From an uncultured Chitinophagaceae bacterium (lineage in GTDB: Bacteria > Bacteroidota > Bacteroidia > Chitinophagales > LD1): 64,000 bases of DNA. The position numbers were made by a program, and so were the translations under genes. The stretch is from contig CAZNDJ010000002.1 of assembly GCA_964571705.1 (NCBI GenBank), positions 37,585-101,584 on the forward strand. Direction: 5' to 3'. The notes beneath the pieces were generated by a model. That model searched no databases, had not been told where the DNA came from, and worked only from the letters and a program-made list of their open reading frames with translations. Below, piece after piece: positions 59,101 through 64,000 of the stretch; the stretch's first letter is position 1; each line of letters starts with the position of its first letter.

Positions 59101-61511
59101 GTAGATGCATGAGAGCAGCTCACTGCGCTCGTAGCTGCGGCTACCGGCAGTGGATTCACTGTCACTATCTGGGTCGCAGTAGCTGTACATCCGGTAGCTG
59201 GAGTTGTTACTGTTACTGTATAGGTGCCCGAGGTGCTCGCAGTGATAGCGCTGGTAGTAGCACCGGTGCTCCACAGGTAGGTGCCGCCACCTGAGGCTGT
59301 CAAGGTCACACTGCCAGGAGCGCAGAATGTAGTAGCTCCCGATGCAGTAATAGCAGCAGCAGGCGTCGCGTTGACCCAAACTGTACCCGTAGCTGTAGCA
59401 GTACAGCCTGCGGCGCTGGTAGCCGTCACGCCATATATAGTGCTATTGATCGGCGACGCAGTGATCGGATTGGTACTTTGGCCAGTGGTCCAGCTGTAAG
59501 AAGCGCCTCCGGTAGCTGTGAGTGTGGCTGTCTGACCGCGGCAGATAGTAGGACTATTCACCGTCGGCGTCGGAGATGGATTTACTGTTACGTTATAAGG
59601 TTGAGTAGTGCTGCAACCATTTACGGCATTAGTATATGTAGCGATGTAGCTGCCTGAATTAGCTGGCTGCATATTGGTCAGTAGCGTATCTCTGGTGAAA
59701 GCAGTAAATCCTCCCGGACCGGTGTAGCTCCACGTCCCGCTGGCAGGTTGTGGCGCAAATTCCAGGGAATTTCCAGGGCAGAGTGATGGGCTGGCATTAT
59801 TGCTCAGAGCACCACCATTTATTTTCACATATGGAGTGATAGTACCAGCAGTATTCACGGTCACCGTTTGGCCGGAAGATGCTGCAGTACATCCGTTAGC
59901 AGCAGTGGCGGTCACTGTATAAGTGCCCGCAGTAGATGCTGTGATAGATGCAGTAGATGCACCTGTACTCCACAGGTAGCTGCTTCCGCCGCCTGCATTG
60001 AGAGTTACGCTATTGCCTTGGCAAAAAGTAGTAGGTCCACCGGCAGAGATGCTGGCTGTAGGTATAGTCATAGCGACACTGCCAGTCAGAGGTGAAGCGC
60101 TGAATACTTCACAAGGCTGAGTACCGTTGTAGCTGAATACTCTGTAATAAACGGTCTGGCCGCAGGCACTCGCCGGTACATTATCACTGAATGTCCTGCT
60201 CGTAGGCACCAGCAAACCGCCAGCTGTCACAGCTACTACAGTGCTGCTACCTACAGTGCTGCCTACGGAGTAGGCTACATTATTGGATGGTACATCACTG
60301 GTAGCCGATGCACCTATATAGCGCAGCACGATGCTGCCCGTAGTAGATGAAGAAACTGAATATCCCCCGGAGATAGTCAGTGCACTGGCAGAAGCAGAAA
60401 ATGCGGTCGGTGCAGCTGGCGCCGTCGGTGTAGCAGAAGCGCCGTTTACCATCCTTAGCGAATTGGTCGGCACGGCGCTGGTAAGTGTCAGGCCTACGTT
60501 ATTGCCATCGAAGGTACCAATGTTCAAACCATTAGTGATAGTAGTTATAGACAATAGATTACACTGGCTGCCGGATCCTACAGCCTTGATAGTCGGTCCT
60601 ACAGCTGTCGCATCACTATAGGTACCACTAATGGTCAGGGTACCACTGAAAGTAATTGTGTTTGTATTAGAGACGTTGCCTGTCACAGTTTGTGACGTGC
60701 CGGTCAGATTTACTGTTCCTGCATTGGTGATAGATGCAGCTGTCAGGCTTCCATTGTTTGTGAGTGTCGCACCGCTGGCTACAGTTGTAGCATTTAAAGT
60801 GACTGAACCACCAGCATTGTTAGTGAAAGTTCCTGCAGATATGGTCGATGCACCGGTAGGAGTTATAGATCCGCCGCTATAATTTGTAATGGCACCATTA
60901 GTAAGAGTGAGCGCACCGGTCAGTGTACCATAGTTGTCAAAGTCTGCTGCTGCGGCATTAAGTATGACCGCATTAGTGATGCTTCCATTATTGATCAATG
61001 CTCCTTTAATAGTAGAAGTGGCACTGAGTGTACCACCGCTATTGTTTGTAAAAGTGCCACCGTTTTGAGTTAGGGTGCCTGACCACGATCCGGAGTTAGT
61101 TACTGTACTTCCGGCACTTTGGGTGAGCGTGCCACTATAGGTACCGATGTTATTAAATGTATAACCGCTGGATAGAGTGAAATTCTTGCTGGATGTACCG
61201 TTGCTGATGATAGTACCAGATGCGCCGCTGAAAGTCAGCGTAGCACCACTCCAGTTAGTCACGGAGGAAATACAAATAGTACTACCCGTGTTCAGTGTTA
61301 TGGTCCTGGTATAGGAGCCATTAAAGGTCAAACAATAAGTCTGACCTGCTGGCACGGTGATATTTGAATTGGTACTGGTAGTACTGGCACATCCAGTGCA
61401 TTGCGCCTGGGTACTGGTAGTGTACAGGCTGCACAGTGCCACCAAAAAAGCTATCAGGCAGGTGCGGATAGCTGTTAATTTTGGACCTTTTTCTTCGTAA
61501 TAATTTTTCAT
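53139..61511 (-). CDS. Giant (2,790 aa) multi-domain surface adhesin-like protein with T9SS type A C-terminal sorting domain
   Basis: Signal-anchor [36 protein letters not shown] (Met-38 of the ORF). Order of parts: N-terminal GT(L/F)TNN-type beta-helix-like repeats; 12 tandem Ig-like repeats; a LamG-like region ([32 protein letters not shown]); NGEVEDYQI and [9 protein letters not shown] GEVED motifs; an SdrD-B-like segment ([12 protein letters not shown]). The CTD is [17 protein letters not shown]...[23 protein letters not shown]. Confidence 0.88.
   Translation of the reverse strand: [2790 protein letters not shown]
57459..60065 (-). repeat. Array of 12 tandem ~70-75-aa two-cysteine Ig-like repeats (coding)
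   Basis: The recurrent pattern C.G....LTA.GG..Y.WSTGATT..IT....G.Y.VTVT.A.GCTA.A...VTVN was counted 12 times in the translation. A 13th isolated copy lies near 54510-54715. Confidence 0.8.
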
Positions 61512-61724
61512 TTGACGACGGGTTATATAGTACCTTGTACGATACAAGGATTCTTTTGTTACGCCTTTAATGTTGTATAGTCGTTTAAGGGAGTGACTAT
61601 CAGCATTTTTTGCGACGTGCATATCCTGATCTTTTGGAGGTATCTATAGTATACGTATAGGGAGGACAATAGCTTCACTATCCACTAAAAATCTTTGCAA
61701 ACACAAAGTCTTTTTGGGCAATAA

Positions 61725-62342
61725 GTGATATACTTGAGCATCGCAAAGCTCAAGTCATATTACCAGACTGATCACCCCGAGGCGGGATGTGACGAGGCAG
61801 GCAGGGGATGCCTGGCGGGTCCGGTATATGCGGCAGCAGTCGTGCTACCACTGGATTTTCGGCACAAAGTGTTGACAGACTCCAAACAGCTGGACGAGGC
61901 CACCCGTATGGATCTGCGTAAATATATCGAGCGGAAAGCAATAGCCTATGCTGTGACAGCGGTAGACAATGTCCGGATCGATGAGATCAATATTCTTCAG
62001 GCCTCTATATCGGCCATGCACCAGTCACTGGATAAACTCAATAAGGGTTTTGGGTTTATCATAGTAGATGGTAATTATTTTAAGCCTTACGGCGATACTC
62101 CTCACAAAACGATCATCAAAGGCGATAGCCTGTATTATAGTATAGCAGCCGCCTCTATCCTGGCCAAAACATATCGCGACGAATACATGCAGCAGATGCA
62201 TGACGCGTACCCACACTATGGCTGGCGTAGCAATAAAGGTTATGCTACAGAATCTCACCGTACTGCTATCCGGGAGCATGGTATGTGCCCCCTGCATAGG
62301 AGGTCATTTCAGCTCAAGGAAATGCAGCTGGATCTTTTCTGA
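61725..62342 (+). CDS. rnhB: Ribonuclease HII
   Basis: AGCDEAGRGCLAGPVYAAAV, DSKQL and a GYxSxKGY-type C-terminus; the listed start is GTG. Confidence 0.9.
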   Translation: MIYLSIAKLKSYYQTDHPEAGCDEAGRGCLAGPVYAAAVVLPLDFRHKVLTDSKQLDEATRMDLRKYIERKAIAYAVTAVDNVRIDEINILQASISAMHQSLDKLNKGFGFIIVDGNYFKPYGDTPHKTIIKGDSLYYSIAAASILAKTYRDEYMQQMHDAYPHYGWRSNKGYATESHRTAIREHGMCPLHRRSFQLKEMQLDLF

Positions 62343-62414
62343 GATAGTTTTACGCAAGGCTGCAGAAAAAGATACTGACCCGGCTCTTGTAATCTATTGA
62401 TTACGATCATGAAG

Positions 62415-63806
62415 CTATGGATTCAAGCCATATCGGTCCAATAGGTAAACCAATGAAGCCATAGCCGCAGCACCCATTTCCAGCTCCCGGTCATTTACAT
62501 TTTCCCATGTATCACGTGCACTATGGTGAAAGTCAAAATAGCGCTGTGAATCAGGATGTAACTCCGCAAGGAGCGGGCATATATCTTTGAGTGGCGATAC
62601 ATCTGCTCCAGCACCCTCATTATCCAGATCACCTATCTCAAACTTGTCTAATAGTGACTTCCATTTTGCCTGCATCTGAGCACGGAGGAAAGGACTCACC
62701 TCCAGGCTGAAGCCTCTCGGTGTGAATCCACCTGCATCTGATTCTATCGCAGCGATATGTTTTTCTTTGGTCTTTTTTATCCATGCTGCATACTCATTAC
62801 CTCCACGCAGGCCATTCTCTTCATTCATAAATGCTACCATACGTATAGTACGCTTAGGCTTTAGACCAGAAGCCTTGTACAGGCGCAGTACTTCTATCGC
62901 CTGTACTATACCTGCTCCGTCATCCTGCGCACCCTCCGCCAGGTCCCACGAGTCCAGATGCCCGCCTATGACTATCACTTCCTCTGGATGTTCGGAGCCT
63001 TTTATTTCTCCTATTACGTTGTATGAGCTGACATCAGGTAGGGTTTGACATGATGTTTGAAAGCTGAATTTGAGGTTGGGATTTTCTTTGAGTGCCTGGC
63101 TGAGTTTTTCTGCTCCTGCAGTGCTGATAGCTACAGCAGGGATCTTAGTTATAGAATCGGCATAGCCCATAGAGCCTGTATGTGGCCAATCATCAGTATG
63201 CTGAGACATAGAGCGCACTACTACAGCAGAGGCACCATACCGCGCTGCCTCCATCGCTCCGCCCCATCGCTGCTCTACAGCCTTGCTATATGCTTCAAAA
63301 GTTTCCCTTTCAGTCTGATCGAATGCTCCGTTATAGAAAACAATTTTTCCTTTGATCGCAGCCGGGTCCATCTTTGCCAGTTGTCCCAGTCCGTGTACTT
63401 CTATCATCTCTCCGGCGATGCCTTCTTTAGCAGTCGGTATTGACCCTCCCAGGGCACAAACATCCACTTTTTGCAGGTCACGGCTAGTGGCCGTGGATGT
63501 GTACCATGCTTTTTCTTTCGCACCCCTGATCCAGTGGGGTACCATCACGCTCTGCAGCCAGATGGAGTCGGCTCCCGCATTTTTCAGTTGTCTCTGTACG
63601 ATTCCTACAGCCTTTGCCGCACCCTCAGAGCCACTGAGCCGCGCACCGGCATTTTTACAAAGGTCATGCAGGTCATTGTATGCTTTATTTTGCAACAGTG
63701 CCTGTTTGAAAAAACCTGCCAATACCGCAGAATCTGATTGAGCCTGCACTGTGAGGCAAAGTACCGTAGCTGCAGCCAGTGCATATACTTTTGAGTAATT
63801 CTTCAT
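62415..63806 (-). CDS. M28 family metallopeptidase (aminopeptidase) with PA-like insert
   Basis: Signal peptide MKNYSKVYALAAATVLCLTVQA. IGGHLDSWDLAEGAQDDGAG and FMNEENGLRG metal-ligand motifs; 463 aa. Confidence 0.85.
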   Translation of the reverse strand: MKNYSKVYALAAATVLCLTVQAQSDSAVLAGFFKQALLQNKAYNDLHDLCKNAGARLSGSEGAAKAVGIVQRQLKNAGADSIWLQSVMVPHWIRGAKEKAWYTSTATSRDLQKVDVCALGGSIPTAKEGIAGEMIEVHGLGQLAKMDPAAIKGKIVFYNGAFDQTERETFEAYSKAVEQRWGGAMEAARYGASAVVVRSMSQHTDDWPHTGSMGYADSITKIPAVAISTAGAEKLSQALKENPNLKFSFQTSCQTLPDVSSYNVIGEIKGSEHPEEVIVIGGHLDSWDLAEGAQDDGAGIVQAIEVLRLYKASGLKPKRTIRMVAFMNEENGLRGGNEYAAWIKKTKEKHIAAIESDAGGFTPRGFSLEVSPFLRAQMQAKWKSLLDKFEIGDLDNEGAGADVSPLKDICPLLAELHPDSQRYFDFHHSARDTWENVNDRELEMGAAAMASLVYLLDRYGLNP

Positions 63807-63871
63807 GATATGAATATACTGCATGAATATTTAGTTGTGAGTTGGCGCTTTACTGCCATGGGAAAATAAAA

Positions 63872-63900
63872 AAAGCGCCAGGTGTTCTTCCTGACGCTTT
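63872..63900 (-). terminator. Intrinsic terminator downstream of rny
   Basis: On the minus strand: AAAGCGTCAGG - loop - CCTGGCGCTTT (one mismatch), followed by TTTTTTATTTT. Confidence 0.65.
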
Positions 63901-63922
63901 TATCAATTAATAAACCTTTTTC

Positions 63923-64000
63923 TTACTTGGCTACGTTCACGCTGCGCTTTTCACGGATCACAGTGACTTTCACCTGGCCCGGATAGACCATTTCCTTTTC
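63923..64000 (-). CDS. rny: Ribonuclease Y, C-terminal end only (rest is beyond the window)
   Basis: Minus-strand translation is ...EKEMVYPGQVKVTVIREKRSVNVAK*. It closely resembles the conserved RNase Y C-terminus (..YPGxIKVTVIRETRAVEYAK) as I recall it. Only 25 codons are visible. Confidence 0.6.
   Translation of the reverse strand, partial: EKEMVYPGQVKVTVIREKRSVNVAK

Noticed and set aside
57544-60882. Plus-strand ORFs (57544-58041, 58489-58863, 60331-60882 and others) opposite the giant adhesin gene
   Set aside because: Their Ala/Val/Pro-rich translations are the reverse-complement shadow of Thr/Ala/Gly-rich Ig repeats, and they show no independent signals.
61640-61724. Short palindromes upstream of rnhB and the giant adhesin (CTATAG, GTATAC, CTTTGcaaacaCAAAG)
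   Set aside because: The stems are only 5-6 bp in AT-rich DNA, which is expected by chance. No matching promoter motif or repeat occurs elsewhere in the window.
1-64000. CRISPR arrays, rRNA genes, insertion sequences, defence or toxin-antitoxin cassettes
   Set aside because: All tandem repeats found are in-frame coding repeats. I saw no repeat-spacer periodicity, transposase or integrase motifs, or small paired toxin-antitoxin-type ORFs.

Overview
This 64-kb chromosomal window reads as a Bacteroidota genome. Seven proteins end in T9SS C-terminal sorting domains. There is also a PorP/SprF gene, a TonB-receptor/DUF4249 pair and TAnnTTTG-type -7 promoter motifs; GC is roughly 50% by eye. About one third of the window is three giant surface-protein genes. 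The first (2-8128, +) is a 5'-truncated collagen-like fibre of more than 2,700 aa with YadA-like repeats and a C-terminal tail-fibre (S74) autochaperone domain. The second (28789-34956, -) is a 2,055-aa T9SS type-A cargo with an unrecognisable central core. The third (53139-61511, -) is a 2,790-aa T9SS adhesin with 12 tandem two-Cys Ig-like repeats plus LamG, GEVED and SdrD-like parts. A three-gene operon (35262-40193) encodes a T9SS type-B cargo, a PorP/SprF protein and a PorE-like TPR/beta-propeller/OmpA protein. Other secreted proteins are an M14 carboxypeptidase, a multicopper oxidase, a PCMD-like protein and a small unknown, all with type-A sorting domains. The rest is ordinary housekeeping: crcB, acyl-CoA ligase, YceI, MarR, a CHASE3 kinase with a receiver-only regulator, a methyltransferase, cysC, an M20 amidohydrolase, SPOR, deoC, DUF72, miaE, recJ, CDGSH, DUF1295, TBDR/DUF4249, thiolase, a TsdA-like dihaem cytochrome, TatD, a polysaccharide deacetylase, gltX, a B12-binding domain protein, ABC-F, rnhB, an M28 peptidase and the 3' end of rny. 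There is one tRNA-Ser(GGA), a candidate fluoride riboswitch upstream of crcB, and several intrinsic terminators. I saw no rRNA, CRISPR, transposase, integrase, reverse transcriptase or recognisable defence or toxin-antitoxin genes. The best leads for something undescribed are the non-phage-context trimeric mega-fibre with a near-perfect 297-bp in-frame duplication, the unknown core of the 2,055-aa T9SS protein, the dedicated cargo/PorP/PorE-like operon, and a 111-aa protein that is 50% Asp/Glu with an SSB-tail-like C-terminus. All functional calls come from motif recognition by eye; no searches were run.
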